In this document: positions 20,018-33,075 of the stretch, piece by piece
Position numbering within the stretch: position 1 is the first letter of the stretch
Layout: each line of letters starts with the position of its first letter
From: an uncultured Trueperaceae bacterium
GTDB taxonomy: Bacteria > Deinococcota > Deinococci > Deinococcales > Trueperaceae
DNA length: 64,000 bases
Assembly: GCA_963727505.1 (NCBI GenBank)
Contig: CAVSGP010000004.1
Span: 800,001 to 864,000, forward strand
Reading direction: 5' to 3'
Position numbers and translations under genes: made by a program
The notes under the pieces: generated by a model
Told to the model about the DNA's origin: nothing
Database searches by the model: none
What the model saw: only the letters and a program-made list of their open reading frames with translations

Positions 20018-21268
20018 TCACAGCCGCGCGCTCAACGCACGCAGGTCGAGCGCGCGCAACTCCTTGAAGCGGAACGCCAACGCGAGCGCGACGAGGCCGC
20101 TGACAGCCGCCGCCGCGAACAGCGACGGGTACCCGAGGAGCGGCGCGAGCGCGCCGCCGAGCACAGGGGCGAGGCTCGGCAGCGACAGGAAGGTATTCGA
20201 CAGGCCCACGTAGAGCAGCCGCTCCTCTTCGGGCGCCAGCGCGTAGAGCAGGTTCCAGGACGCGATGCCGACGCTGGAGTTGCCGGCAGCCGAGAACACG
20301 AACACGAGAATGAACGCCTTCCAACCGGGCATGAGCAGCGCCGCGACCGGTGCCAGCAGCAGCATCACGACCCCCGCTTGCAGGATGGTCACGTTCCGGG
20401 CGCGGTTGGCAAGTCCCCGGAACAGGAAGTTGGCGCCGATGGACGCGAAGGTCGCGACGATGACGTAGGTCCCGAGTACGCTGGGCGGCGCTCCTAGCAC
20501 CCGGATGGCGTAGACCGCGTAGAAGGGATCGGCCAGCAGGGCCAGCAACCCGAGGACGCGCACCCTCAGGAAGCGACGCAGACTGGGGTCACGCCGCAGC
20601 ACCGCCGGGATGTCCCCCACCATCGATAGGAACGGACGCCGCATGGCCGGCTTGCCAGCCGGCTCGCGTACCAGGCTGAACGACAGGTAGGACACGCCGG
20701 CGAGCACGGTGCCCAACAGGAACACCGTTCCGAAGTCCTCCGGGAAGGGAACGCCGCTGGCCAGGATGTACCGCAGCAGCAAGCCGGCGACCAATGCCAG
20801 GGCGCCTCCGACGGCGTTGCGGAGCGCCCAGAAGGTGCCGAGCCGGTAGTGCGGAACCACCTTCGCCGTGACGTCGGCGAAGGGTACGCCGGTCACCCCG
20901 CCGGCCACTGCGTTGATGGCGATCATCGCCAGCACCACCAGGACGACCAGGCCCGGACGGTGCCCGAGAACGAAGACGGCCGTCGTCATGAGCGCCCAGG
21001 CCGTCAGCCGCACCAGCGACATGCGACGGTACCAGGGCAGCTTGAACGGCTCGTGCGCCAGCCGGTGGGCCACGAAGAGCTGGGGCAGGAACCAGCCGCC
21101 GATGCGCAGCGCCGGTACCAACCCCACCACGGCTGCGGGCGCCCCCAGCGCGGCCAGGAACGGTGCCAGGACCAGCGTGCTGTGGAAGAAGGCCTCGGAG
21201 CCGTTGACGAAGATGCCGTTGTAGACACCCAGCCAGAAATTCCGGTCCGGCGGAGGGGCCTCACGCAT
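20018..21268 (-). CDS. MFS transporter
   Basis: About 12 hydrophobic segments with MFS-like layout. TACGAT lies 7 nt before ATG 21268. Confidence 0.85.
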   Translation of the reverse strand: MREAPPPDRNFWLGVYNGIFVNGSEAFFHSTLVLAPFLAALGAPAAVVGLVPALRIGGWFLPQLFVAHRLAHEPFKLPWYRRMSLVRLTAWALMTTAVFVLGHRPGLVVLVVLAMIAINAVAGGVTGVPFADVTAKVVPHYRLGTFWALRNAVGGALALVAGLLLRYILASGVPFPEDFGTVFLLGTVLAGVSYLSFSLVREPAGKPAMRRPFLSMVGDIPAVLRRDPSLRRFLRVRVLGLLALLADPFYAVYAIRVLGAPPSVLGTYVIVATFASIGANFLFRGLANRARNVTILQAGVVMLLLAPVAALLMPGWKAFILVFVFSAAGNSSVGIASWNLLYALAPEEERLLYVGLSNTFLSLPSLAPVLGGALAPLLGYPSLFAAAAVSGLVALALAFRFKELRALDLRALSARL

Positions 21269-21407
21269 GAGCGCCATCGTACTCCGCAACGCGCCGCGCG
21301 GCAGCGCCCGACGGTCGTCAGGACGGTTGACCCTTGCGGGCGCGCCCTCCCCTGCCGATACTCGTGCCAAAGGGAAAGTCGGCACTGTCCGGATCGACCG
21401 AGGAGGA

Positions 21408-21833
21408 ATGATGCCCGTCTCCGTTCACCGCGTCCGCTACTACTACGCGACCGTCGAGGAGATCCCCGGCCAGACCTACGCCATCCTCTCCCAGCTGGCA
21501 GCTTGCGGTATCGACCTGCTGGCTTTCACGGCGGCGCCCGTCGGGCCCAAGCACGTGCAGTGGTCGCTCTTCCCCTCGGACATCAAGGAGTTCGAGGACG
21601 TCACGCACGACATCGGCCTGCCCGTCTCCGTGGTCCAGGACGCTCTCCTGGTGCAGGGCGACGACCGTCTGGGTGCGCTCGCCGACCTGCACGAGCGTCT
21701 CAGCCGGGCAAACGTCGAGGTCTACGCCACCAGCGGCGTGACCACCGGCAACGAGCGCTTCGGCTACGTTATCTACGTCAAGCCCGACGAGATCGACCGG
21801 GCCGCGGAGGCTCTCGGGGCGCAGGCGACCTGA
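21408..21833 (+). CDS. Tandem ACT domain-like protein
   Basis: EEIPGQTYAILSQLAACGIDL and DDRLGALADLHERLSRANVEV repeats; GAGGAGG RBS. Confidence 0.75.
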   Translation: MMPVSVHRVRYYYATVEEIPGQTYAILSQLAACGIDLLAFTAAPVGPKHVQWSLFPSDIKEFEDVTHDIGLPVSVVQDALLVQGDDRLGALADLHERLSRANVEVYATSGVTTGNERFGYVIYVKPDEIDRAAEALGAQAT

Positions 21834-21957
21834 CGCGCCATGCCTTCTACTTCTCCGGCTACTTCGGGGGCGTCGAGGTCCGTCCGGACGCCGCCAGACT
21901 CCTGCGCCCAGCGCGGCGGATTGCGCCGCAGACGCGACCTTTGGCGGGTCGGCTTCG

Positions 21958-21987
21958 TTGACAAGGCGCGCGACCAACCCGTAAACT
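21958..21987 (+). promoter_or_regulatory. Sigma70-type promoter of tRNA-Ala
   Basis: TTGACA-N18-TAAACT. Confidence 0.75.
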
Positions 21988-21998
21988 ACAGGTCGCTT

Positions 21999-22075
<77 letters not shown>

Positions 22076-22089
22076 GCAACCTCGGGACA

Positions 22090-22117
22090 GGGGCGCGACC
22101 GGCATGGGTCGCGCCCC
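22090..22117 (+). terminator. Hairpin after tRNA-Ala
   Basis: GGGGCGCGACC/GGTCGCGCCCC stem. Confidence 0.5.
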
Positions 22118-22152
22118 GCTCTCGTGCTGCCGGCGCGAGGAGGGGTGAGACC

Positions 22153-22566
22153 ATGAACTTCGAAGCTCGCTACGACGGGGAGGCGTGGGCGCTCGTGTTC
22201 GGACCGATCGGCTCCGAGCCCTTCGCGGCCTGGCAGCAACCGCATCACGTGTTCGTCATCGCCGCCCTGCAGGACCCCGACCGCTGGACCGAGCTGATCG
22301 GGCGGCATCCGCCGTTCGCCCCCGCCCTGGCCTACGGCTTCCGGCGCGCCCTGCTGGAGGTCTCGGGTACACGCCTGCCCTTCATGCTGGAAGCGGACGA
22401 TCCGCAACGCGCGCTCGCCGGCACGGTGTTCCTGGGCCTCGACGACGACGAGCTGGCGCGCGTGGACGCCTTCGAGCTGGCGGGCGATCACCGTCGCCGC
22501 ATCGAGCTGGAGGTAGCGGTCGGGAAACGCCGCGTCGACGCCGTCAGCTACGTCAGGCGCGGTTGA
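22153..22566 (+). CDS. Gamma-glutamylcyclotransferase/AIG2-like protein
   Basis: HVFV..AL, PALAYGFRR, AGTVFLGL...ELARVDAFE pattern; GAGGAGG RBS. Confidence 0.6.
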   Translation: MNFEARYDGEAWALVFGPIGSEPFAAWQQPHHVFVIAALQDPDRWTELIGRHPPFAPALAYGFRRALLEVSGTRLPFMLEADDPQRALAGTVFLGLDDDELARVDAFELAGDHRRRIELEVAVGKRRVDAVSYVRRG

Positions 22567-22581
22567 CGACCCGCAGCCGGC

Positions 22582-23388
22582 TCAGCCGAGCGCCACGTCG
22601 AGTGCGAGCATCACCAGCACCCCCGCCATGGTGCCCAACGTCGCCGACCGCTCGCTTCCGCGGGTGTGGGTCTCCGGGATGATCTCGTCGCTGATGACAT
22701 AGAGCATCCCGCCCGCCGCGAAACCCATGGCGTAGGGCAACAGCGGCCCGATCCAGGACACCGCCCAGGCGCCGGCAACGGCGAGCGGCACCTCCACCAG
22801 CCCCGCCCGGATGCCGGTGAAGGCGGCGTACCAGAGGCTCCCCATGCCGGCGTTGCGCGCCGCCACCGACACCGCAAGTCCCTCCGGGATGTTCTGGATG
22901 CCGATGGCGAGCATCAGCGCCACCGCCTCGCTGATCGCGCCACTACCGAAGCCCACGCCCACCGCCAACCCCTCGGGCATGTTGTGCAGAGTGATGGCGA
23001 CGATGAACAGGATCACGCCGGCCGCGCTCCGGGAGCCGCCGGCGGCGGCGTCCGGGCGCACCCGGCCGGTGACCAGCACGTGAACGTGCGGGACCCAGGC
23101 GTCGGCCCGGTCGAGCATGACCACGCCCAGCACGATGCCGATGAGCACAGGCAGCAAGCCGCCCCGCTCGATGCCCGGAAGGATGAGGCTGGTGAAGCTG
23201 GCGGCGAGCATCACGCCGGCCGCGAAACCCAGCGCCGTGTCGAGCGCGCGACGAGTGGGACGGCGCCACACCAGGATCGCGAGCGCGCCCAGCAGGTTCA
23301 GGAAGGTAATCACCAGGCCGCCGGCCAATCCCTGCCAGACGGGGTTGGGCCCGGTGATGCGCACGAAGAGGTCGACCAGTTGCGACAC
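22582..23388 (-). CDS. ZIP family metal transporter (GufA/ZupT-like)
   Basis: LHNMPEGLAVG, IQNIPEG, FAAGGMLYV..DEIIPE. Start approximate. Confidence 0.92.
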   Translation of the reverse strand: MSQLVDLFVRITGPNPVWQGLAGGLVITFLNLLGALAILVWRRPTRRALDTALGFAAGVMLAASFTSLILPGIERGGLLPVLIGIVLGVVMLDRADAWVPHVHVLVTGRVRPDAAAGGSRSAAGVILFIVAITLHNMPEGLAVGVGFGSGAISEAVALMLAIGIQNIPEGLAVSVAARNAGMGSLWYAAFTGIRAGLVEVPLAVAGAWAVSWIGPLLPYAMGFAAGGMLYVISDEIIPETHTRGSERSATLGTMAGVLVMLALDVALG

Positions 23389-23466
23389 GGCACACCCCGC
23401 CATCAGGATAGACAGTTCCCGAAAGGATGGTCCGCCTTCCCACACAGACGGTAGGATTGCTCCGCT

Positions 23467-24231
23467 GTGACGATGCTCCTGGGACTCTTCCTGGCAGGAA
23501 CCACGGCCGGCGCCCTAGGCGCGCTACTGGGGCTGGGTGGCGGCATCTTCCTGGTGCCCGTGCTGACCCTGTTGTTCCACCTGCCGGTACGGGTGGCGGT
23601 CGGGACCAGCCTCGTAAGCGTCATCGCCACCTCGGCCGGGGTGGCCGCCTTCGCCTCGAAGGAGGGTGGTGCCGACGTGCCCCTGGCCCTGCGGTTGGAG
23701 GTCGCCACCGCCGCCGGCGCGGTCCTGGGTGGGGTGGTCGGCGCGTTCGTGCCGGCGCGCATCCTGAGCTTCGTCTTCGCGGCCGTGGTGTTCGGGACGG
23801 CCGGCTACACCCTCACCAAGGCTGCGAACCACGGCGAGGACGAGGCGATGTACCGGCGCGACTACCGACCGCGTCGATGGACGCTCGGCTACGCCGTCGC
23901 CAGCCTCGCCGGCATGGTGTCGGGCCTACTGGGCGTCGGCGGGGGCTTCATCAAGGTGCCCACCATGTACGCCATCATGGGCGTGCCACTGGGCGTGGCC
24001 ACCGCCACCAGCAACTTCATGGTCGGGATCACGGCAGCGGCGAGCGTCTTCGTCTACCTGGGGAGGGGCGACGTTAGGCCGCTGCTGACGGCGGCGACCG
24101 CCGGTGGAGTGTTCCTGGGCGCGGCTGTGGGCACGCTTCTGCAGGGCCGGCTGAGCGTCGCCTGGCTGCGATGGGGGCTGGTGCTGCTGATGGTGGCCAT
24201 CGGGGTGCAGATGCTGTGGAAGGGCTTCTGA
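23467..24231 (+). CDS. Sulfite exporter TauE/SafE family protein
   Basis: GLGGGIFLVP, AVGTSL, GVGGGFIKVP, ATATSNFM. Confidence 0.9.
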   Translation: MTMLLGLFLAGTTAGALGALLGLGGGIFLVPVLTLLFHLPVRVAVGTSLVSVIATSAGVAAFASKEGGADVPLALRLEVATAAGAVLGGVVGAFVPARILSFVFAAVVFGTAGYTLTKAANHGEDEAMYRRDYRPRRWTLGYAVASLAGMVSGLLGVGGGFIKVPTMYAIMGVPLGVATATSNFMVGITAAASVFVYLGRGDVRPLLTAATAGGVFLGAAVGTLLQGRLSVAWLRWGLVLLMVAIGVQMLWKGF

Positions 24232-24238
24232 GCCCGCC

Positions 24239-24571
24239 GTGGCAGCCGTGCCGAAGCGCGACCCGGCCGGTATGGACCGTGCCATGCTACGCGTCTCCCG
24301 CGCACTGTCGGCCTTCGCGCTGGCGCTGATGGCGCTCGGCGTGGTGCTGGCGCTGGTGCAAGGTGGCATCGCCGCGGACCCGTTGCGGCTCGACCTGGGG
24401 TCGCGCTCGCACCGGCTCATGCTCTTCGGGATCGGCGCACTGGCGGTGCTCCCCGGCATACGGGTGCTGGTTGCGCTGTCGTACTACACCGCCGCCCGGC
24501 GCCTGGCCGAAGCGCTGATCGCGCTGGTGGTCGTGCTGGAGTTGCTGGCGTCCATGATCACGGGCGGGTGA
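24239..24571 (+). CDS. Small membrane protein, DUF1634-like (TauE partner)
   Basis: Three TMs, GIGALAVLPGIRV, directly after the TauE gene. Confidence 0.7.
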   Translation: MAAVPKRDPAGMDRAMLRVSRALSAFALALMALGVVLALVQGGIAADPLRLDLGSRSHRLMLFGIGALAVLPGIRVLVALSYYTAARRLAEALIALVVVLELLASMITGG

Positions 24572-24755
24572 CCGCGTCGGGGCTCCCCTCCCGGGCCGTC
24601 GTGCATACCTCCCACAGGGCTGTCGGACTTTCTCCGATGCCCTGCTCGTGAAATCCTTCCTAAGCTGAGTCAACCCCGGTAGGAGGATCACCGGGCGCGC
24701 CCAAGCCCGTCTCGGACGCGCCCAGCGGACCCATGGTCCGCGGGAGGTGGCGCTG

Positions 24756-26539
<1,784 letters not shown>

Positions 26540-26543
<4 letters not shown>

Positions 26544-27541
26544 ACGGCACCGCGAACCCCACCCGCGAGCACGGTCACGAGCTGCTGCGCGACATGTTGC
26601 GCATCCGGCGCATGGAGGAGAAGTGCGCCGAGCTCTACCAGGCCACCAAGATCCGCGGCTTCCTCCACCTCTACATCGGTGAGGAGGCCGTGGCGACGGG
26701 CGCCATGCGCGCGCTTCGACCCGAGGACGCGGTGGTGGCCACCTACCGCGAGCACGGCCATGCCCTGATCCGCGGCGTGCCTGCCGAGAAGATCCTGGCC
26801 GAGATGTACGGCAAGCAGGAGGGCTGCAGCCGCGGACGCGGCGGCTCCATGCACCTCTACGACGCAGACACCCACTTCTACGGCGGCAACGCCATCGTCG
26901 GTGGTGGCATCCCGCTGGCCGTCGGCATGGCGCTGGCGGACAAGATGCAGGGGCGTGCGCGCGTCAGCGCCTGCTTCTTCGGCGACGGCGCGGTGGCCGA
27001 GGGCGAGTTCCACGAATCGATGAACCTCGCCGCCCTGTGGCACCTGCCGGTGCTGTTCTGTTGCGAGAACAACCTCTACGGCATGGGCACCGGGATCGAA
27101 CGGGCGCAGTCCGAGACCCGCCTGGCGTTGAAGGCGGCGAGCTACCGCGTGCCGGCCTGGGACGTCGACGGCATGGACGTCCTGGCCGTCGAGGAGGCGA
27201 CCCAGCGGGCGGTCGACGCGGTGCGCGCCGGCGGCGGCCCGCACTTCCTGGAGTACCGCACCTACCGCTTCCGGGCGCACAGCATGTTCGACCCCGAGCT
27301 CTACCGCGACAAGGACGAGGTCGCCGCCTGGAAGGAGCGCGACCCCATCGCTCTGTTCCGCGAGCGCCTGCGGGCCGCCGAGCTGCTGACCGACGAGGAG
27401 GACGCCCAGCTCGAGGCCGTGGCGGCCGACGAGGTGGAGCGCGCCGTGGCGTTCGCCGAGGCGGGGACCTGGGAGCCGGTGGAGGAGCTGGAGCGCTTCG
27501 TCTACAGCGACCCCGCTCCCATGAAGGAGGTGGCATCGTGA
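26540..27541 (+). CDS. pdhA: Pyruvate dehydrogenase E1 alpha subunit
   Basis: [22 protein letters not shown]...ENN ThDP motif, YRFRAHS. Confidence 0.92.
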
Positions 27542-28569
27542 CGGTCGCAACGCCCAGCCGGCCCCCGGCCGCTCCGGAGGCCGAGCCCCGGACGACCACC
27601 TACCGCGAGGCCGTGCGGGAGGCCATCCGCGCCGCCATGCACGACGACGAGCGCGTGTTCCTGATGGGCGAGGACGTGGGCCGCTACGGCGGCTGCTACG
27701 CCGTCAGCATGGGGCTCCTGGAGGAGTTCGGCGAGGAGCGCATCCGCGACACCCCGCTCTCCGAATCGGGCTTCGTGGGCGCCGGCATCGGCGCCGCCAT
27801 GGCCGGCATGCGCCCCATCGTCGAGATCATGACGGTGAACTTCAGCCTGCTGGCGCTCGACCAGATCATGAACACTGCAGCGACCGTGCTGCACATGTCG
27901 GGCGGGCTGTTCAACGTGCCGCTGGTCATCCGCATGGCCACGGGCGGCGGGCGGCAACTCGCCGCCCAGCACTCCCACAGCCTGGAAGGGTGGTACGCCC
28001 ACATCCCCGGCATCCGGGTGCTCGCCCCCGGCACCGTGGAGGACGCCGGCGGCATGCTGGCGCCGGCGCTGGCCGACCCCGACCCCGTGCTCCTGTTCGA
28101 GAACGCCCTGCTCTACAACGACCAGGGCCCCGCACCCGACCCGGCGCGGCCGGTCGACATCGCGCACGCGCTGGTGCGCCGGCCCGGCACCGACATCAGC
28201 CTGCTCACCTACGGCGGTTCGCTCCACAAGACGCTGGAGGCCGCCGACACGCTCGAGCAGGAGGGCATCTCCGCCGAGGTCGTGGACCTGCGGGTGCTGA
28301 GGCCGCTCGATACCGACACCTTGCTCGCCTCCGTGGCGCGCACGCACCGCGTGGTCGTGGTGGACGAGGGCTGGCGCAGCGGCGGCATCGGCGCCGAGGT
28401 GCTCGCCCGCATCGCCGAACAGGGCCTCTACGACCTCGACGCGCCGCCCGAGCGGGTGTGCAGCGCCGAGGTGCCCCTCCCGTACGCCAAGCACATGGAG
28501 GAGGCCGCTCTGCCGAACGCCGCGAAGATCGTCGACGCGGCCCGGAAGGTGGTGGGCGTGCGTGGCTGA
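27538..28569 (+). CDS. pdhB: Pyruvate dehydrogenase E1 beta subunit
   Basis: [37 protein letters not shown] start follows AAGGAGG. Confidence 0.92.
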   Translation: MTVATPSRPPAAPEAEPRTTTYREAVREAIRAAMHDDERVFLMGEDVGRYGGCYAVSMGLLEEFGEERIRDTPLSESGFVGAGIGAAMAGMRPIVEIMTVNFSLLALDQIMNTAATVLHMSGGLFNVPLVIRMATGGGRQLAAQHSHSLEGWYAHIPGIRVLAPGTVEDAGGMLAPALADPDPVLLFENALLYNDQGPAPDPARPVDIAHALVRRPGTDISLLTYGGSLHKTLEAADTLEQEGISAEVVDLRVLRPLDTDTLLASVARTHRVVVVDEGWRSGGIGAEVLARIAEQGLYDLDAPPERVCSAEVPLPYAKHMEEAALPNAAKIVDAARKVVGVRG

Positions 28570-30157
28570 GTTCACGATGCCCTCGCTCGGCGCCGATATG
28601 GACGCCGGGCGCTTGCTCGAGTGGTACGTCAAGCCCGGCGACGCCGTGAAGCGCGGCGACATCGTGGCGCTGGTCGACACCGACAAGGCCGCCATCGAGG
28701 TGGAGATCTTCGAGGACGGTGTGGTGGGCGAGCTGCTGGTGCCCCCCGGGGAGAAGGTGCCGGTAGGGACGGCGTTGGCGACCATCGTGGCGGAAGGCGA
28801 GGCTGCGGCGGGCACTTCGGCTGACATCTCGGCCGTACCCGAGGCGCCGATCGAGGCCCGGATCGCGGCCCCGACCGAGCCGCCGGTCGCTCCGGCGGCG
28901 GAGCGCACGGCGACGCCACCCGCTCCAGCACGGGCCCCAACACAGGCCCCAGCACAGGCGCCCTCGATGGCCGCCGCCGGTACCGCACCGCCTCCCGAGG
29001 GAGCGGCGACGGCGGTGGCCGAACGGCCGCCCGCGGCCGCGTCCCGCCCCCACGCCACCCCGGCGGCCCGCACCCACGCGCGCGCGCAGGGCGTGGACCT
29101 GACGGCCGTGACGGGAAGCGGCCGCCACGGCGTCATCACCTGCCAGGACGTCGAGGCCGCGGCGGCGGCACGGGAGGCACCTGCAACGTCGACCGAGGCA
29201 GCCACACCATCGCACGAGGGTCCCGAAGCGACGGGACGCGTGCGGGCCTCGCCACTCGCCCGGAAAGTGGCGCAGCGCCTGGGCGTCGACCTGGCGAGCG
29301 TCCCCGGCACCGGCCCGGGCGGCGCGATCACCTGGCAAGACGTCGAGGCGATCGGCGGTCCCCTGCCTTCCGCACCCGAACCGCGCGCCGCGAGCCGGGA
29401 AGCTCCGGTCCGCGACGTGCCAGGCGAGGGTGCCCGGCCGATCGCCCCCAGCCCGACGCCTGCACGGAAAGCCACCCCTGCGGGCGACGAGCGCTACGCG
29501 GCCATGCGGCGCGCCATCGCCGCCGCCATGTCGAAGTCGAAGCGCGAGATCCCGCACTACTACCTCGACCTCCGCATCGACATGAGCGCCGCGCTGGCCT
29601 GGCTCGAGGAAACCAACCTGGCCCGCAGCGTCACCGAACGCCTCCTTCCCGCCGCCCTGCTGCTCAAGGCCGCCGCCCTCGCCACCCGCGACGTGCCTGA
29701 GGTCAACGGCTTCTACCGCGATGACGGCTTCGAGCCGAGCGAGTCGGTCCACCTCGGCGTGGGCATCTCCCTGCGGCAGGGAGGCCTGATCGCGCCGGCC
29801 ATCCACGACGCCGACCGAAAGGACCTCGACACCCTGATGGCCGACCTGCGCGACCTCGTGAAGCGGGCACGCAGCCTGCAGCTGCGCAGCTCGGAGATGA
29901 CGGACGGCACCCTCACCGCCACCATGCTGGGGGACCAGGGGGTGGAGAGCGTCTACGGCATCATCTACCCACCCCAGGTAGCACTGGTCGGCTTCGGGCG
30001 CGTGGTCGAGCGGCCCTGGGCCGAGAACGGCATGCTCGCCGTGCGCCCCACGCTCGCGGTCACGCTGGCAGCCGACCACCGCGCCAGCGACGGCCACCGC
30101 GGCGGCCTCTACCTGAGCGCCATCGAACGCCGCCTGCTGCACCCGGAGGAGCTATGA
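28562..30157 (+). CDS. pdhC: Dihydrolipoamide acyltransferase E2 with one lipoyl and two subunit-binding domains
   Basis: DTDKA lipoyl Lys, two PSBD repeats, IPHYYL, DHRASDG. Confidence 0.9.
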   Translation: MAEFTMPSLGADMDAGRLLEWYVKPGDAVKRGDIVALVDTDKAAIEVEIFEDGVVGELLVPPGEKVPVGTALATIVAEGEAAAGTSADISAVPEAPIEARIAAPTEPPVAPAAERTATPPAPARAPTQAPAQAPSMAAAGTAPPPEGAATAVAERPPAAASRPHATPAARTHARAQGVDLTAVTGSGRHGVITCQDVEAAAAAREAPATSTEAATPSHEGPEATGRVRASPLARKVAQRLGVDLASVPGTGPGGAITWQDVEAIGGPLPSAPEPRAASREAPVRDVPGEGARPIAPSPTPARKATPAGDERYAAMRRAIAAAMSKSKREIPHYYLDLRIDMSAALAWLEETNLARSVTERLLPAALLLKAAALATRDVPEVNGFYRDDGFEPSESVHLGVGISLRQGGLIAPAIHDADRKDLDTLMADLRDLVKRARSLQLRSSEMTDGTLTATMLGDQGVESVYGIIYPPQVALVGFGRVVERPWAENGMLAVRPTLAVTLAADHRASDGHRGGLYLSAIERRLLHPEEL

Positions 30158-30420
30158 CCATGAACGCCCCCATCGCCAGCGAGAGCGAGATTCGCACCAT
30201 CGTCCTCGAGCTGCTTTCACAGGTCGCACCCGAGAGCGACCCGAGCGCGATCGATCCGGACGCCAGCATCCAGGAGCAGCTCGACATCGACTCCATCGAC
30301 TTCCTCAACCTCATCATGAGCGTGCACGAGAGGACCGGCATCGACATCCCCGAGCGCGACTACACCAAGGTCGGGACCCTGAACGACTGCGTGCGTTACC
30401 TGACCGCCAAGGCAAGCTGA
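30154..30420 (+). CDS. Acyl carrier protein
   Basis: Acidic 88-aa protein with LDIDSIDFL phosphopantetheine Ser motif and GIDIP. Overlaps the E2 stop. Confidence 0.88.
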   Translation: MTMNAPIASESEIRTIVLELLSQVAPESDPSAIDPDASIQEQLDIDSIDFLNLIMSVHERTGIDIPERDYTKVGTLNDCVRYLTAKAS

Positions 30421-30584
30421 GCGGCAGGTCGACGCGCCCAGGTCGGCGCCCGACCCCGGAGCGTCGAAGCGGGGCGTGGCGGAGCATCCGGTGCCCTGCC
30501 ACGCCCCGCCGTGAAGACCCGCATCGCGCACGCCCAGGTCCGGACCTCTTATGCGTGCGGGGGCAACGGAGAACGTCCCCGCGG

Positions 30585-30614
30585 TTGACGGTCACCGGTG
30601 CCAGGCATTAAACT
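30585..30614 (+). promoter_or_regulatory. Sigma70-type promoter of tRNA-Lys
   Basis: TTGACG-N18-TAAACT. Confidence 0.7.
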
Positions 30615-30630
30615 ACCCGACGCTGACGCT

Positions 30631-30707
<77 letters not shown>

Positions 30708-31017
30708 CCAGAAGAGCCGTGAGGGACAGGCGACCGAAGGTCGCCGCCCTCGCGGCTCGCTCTTTCGTTGTGCGCTCGACACCTTGGCTGACACCTCATG
30801 GTCGCCCCACAGAGGCGAACGATGAGAGCGGCGGCGTCCACAAGACGGAAACAAGGCCACCCGACGGGCCGGCTCTCGCCGCGCAGAGCCACCTGCGGAA
30901 GGCGCACCTTCCATCGAACCCCGTGCGGTTCAGTATGCTGACGGCGTCCGACCGAGTCCCACCGACGCCACCGGACCCGGTGGACCGCGCGCCCGAGTGC
31001 GCCGGAGAGGGGACCGC

Positions 31018-31821
31018 ATGGACGCATCCCGGGCCTACGCCAACATCGACCTGGCCGCCGCCAACGAGGCCAACTTCGGCACCTTCCTGGCGCTGCAGGA
31101 GGGCATGGCCGGCGCCGAGGTGCGGCGCGACGACGGCGCCACCTGGGTGGCCAACGCCTCTCCCATGTTCTGGTTCAACATCGTCACCGGACTCCGCCGT
31201 TCGGGCGCGGCGTTGGACGCATTCATCGCCGAGGTCAAGGCCACCCACATGCGGCTCGGCACCCCCGTGATGGCCTGGCTCTCCCCCACCGCCGGGCACG
31301 CTGCGGAGGCCCTGACCGCGGCGGGCATCGGGCCGGCCGGCGAGACGCCGGCGATGGCCGCTCGCCTCGACCGGCTCGTCGCACCGGAGCCGGGCGCCGG
31401 CGTCACCGTCGAACGCGTGGCCGACGAACGCGTCCTGCGGGAGTTCGCGCGGACGATCGTGCACGGCACCGGCATGCCGGAGTACGAGGACGCCTGGTTC
31501 GCGTTCTTCCAGCGCCTCGGGCTGGCACCGGACGCGCCGGTCCAGAACGTGCTCGCGCGCGTCGACGGCGCGCCCGCCGCTGGGGCGACGGTGTCCATGT
31601 CCGACGACGTGGCCGGACTCTACGGCGTCGCCACGCTGGCGGCGTACCGGCGGCGCGGGCTCGGCGCCCTGGTGAGCAAGGCCGCCCTCGACCTTGCGCG
31701 CGACCGCGACTACACCGTGGGCATCCTGCAATCCTCGAACCTCGGTCTCGGGGTGTACCGGAAGATGGGCTTCGAGGAGACCTTTCGCTACCAGATCCAT
31801 CACTGGTCGCCTGCCGACTGA
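31018..31821 (+). CDS. GNAT family N-acetyltransferase
   Basis: VATLAAYRRRGLG, GVYRKMGF. Confidence 0.9.
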   Translation: MDASRAYANIDLAAANEANFGTFLALQEGMAGAEVRRDDGATWVANASPMFWFNIVTGLRRSGAALDAFIAEVKATHMRLGTPVMAWLSPTAGHAAEALTAAGIGPAGETPAMAARLDRLVAPEPGAGVTVERVADERVLREFARTIVHGTGMPEYEDAWFAFFQRLGLAPDAPVQNVLARVDGAPAAGATVSMSDDVAGLYGVATLAAYRRRGLGALVSKAALDLARDRDYTVGILQSSNLGLGVYRKMGFEETFRYQIHHWSPAD

Positions 31822-32346
31822 GCCGCGCGACTGCAGCGCAGGGCCACCTACGACAGGCGTACCCTCCATCAAGCCCAGGATGCTTCTATATCTGTCAACC
31901 ACCCAACACCGACTGCTGCCACGCGATCGGCACATCAGCCGGCAGCAAGTCGTACGACAACACCTCATCCAACGCGGGCCACGCCACCGCATCATGCACG
32001 GTCGACCGCAGAGGCGACCGAAGCCACGACGTACGAAACGCCACCAGCTCCAGATCGCCATAGTCGACCTCCGTGCGAGCGAGCTCCTCGGCGACAACCA
32101 CGTCCACCCCGAGCGGGAGGTGTTCGCAGCCTGAGCAGACGAGGGGCTCTTCGAAGAAGCTACCCACTCTCAGGACCTGAGCCAGGAGCCACGGGCGTCC
32201 GCGCGCACGTGGGGCCGTCCTGTGCGTATACTCCTGATATACGCAGGGTTATGCGGTGTGCACAACCGCTGTTAGGTGTGGCTGACCGGATGCGCGGCAG
32301 ATTCCTGCGCGAGCGAACTCTGTTGCGACGATGGAAAGGGCGGCCG

Positions 32347-33075
32347 ATGTCGCGAAGCGAACCTGCTGGCGGGAAGAACGATTCTTCTTGGACCGTTCTT
32401 TACAGGATTGGTGGGTTCGCTGCACTGGTTGCTCTCGCGTTCATTCCTATCCAGCTGGTCATCTTCATCGCCTCACCACCACCAGAAACAGCGCTCGGCC
32501 ATCTGAACCTGCTTCAGGAGAACTGGTTTCTGGGCCTTCTCAGTCTCGACCTTCAGTATGCGGTCTTCGCGGTGCTCCCAATGGGTCTGCTGACTCTCGC
32601 CCTGTGCGTTGCTCTCAGGCGGACTCATCAGTCCTTTGTCGCCATCGCGCTATTCCTAGGAATCGTGTCGACGACGGTCTACTTTGCCTCAAACGTTGCT
32701 TTCGACATGCTCTGGCTCAGTCATCGGTACGCGGCTGCTGTGACGGACGTCCAAAGGGCCAGCCTTCTAGCGGCAAGCGAGGCGCTTCTCGCCACGTATC
32801 ATGGCACCGCCTATGACGTGTACTACGTCCTGGGCGGGATCGTCGGACTGATACTCGCGTTCGTCATGTTACGGAGTGGTGTCTTCACCAAGCTGACCGC
32901 CTACACGGGCCTCGTGATGAACACGATGATGCTGGTGCCGGCCACCGCAGGGATCCTGGGCATGTCCCTCGCCATGGCTTCCCTGATTCCCACGACGCTA
33001 TGGTTGGTGCTCGTGGCCCGACGGCTCTTTGGATTAGGGCGAACCGAAGCTGTTTCGGAACGGGTCGCCGCGTAG
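32347..33075 (+). CDS. DUF4386-like membrane protein
   Basis: Six to seven TMs, lower-GC codon usage, MLRSGVF.KLTAY.GL, terminal WLVLV. Confidence 0.65.
   Translation: MSRSEPAGGKNDSSWTVLYRIGGFAALVALAFIPIQLVIFIASPPPETALGHLNLLQENWFLGLLSLDLQYAVFAVLPMGLLTLALCVALRRTHQSFVAIALFLGIVSTTVYFASNVAFDMLWLSHRYAAAVTDVQRASLLAASEALLATYHGTAYDVYYVLGGIVGLILAFVMLRSGVFTKLTAYTGLVMNTMMLVPATAGILGMSLAMASLIPTTLWLVLVARRLFGLGRTEAVSERVAA

Noticed and set aside
31822..32200. Possible IS or gene remnant after the GNAT gene
   Set aside because: Composition is odd, but no recognisable transposase motif or paired IR was found.
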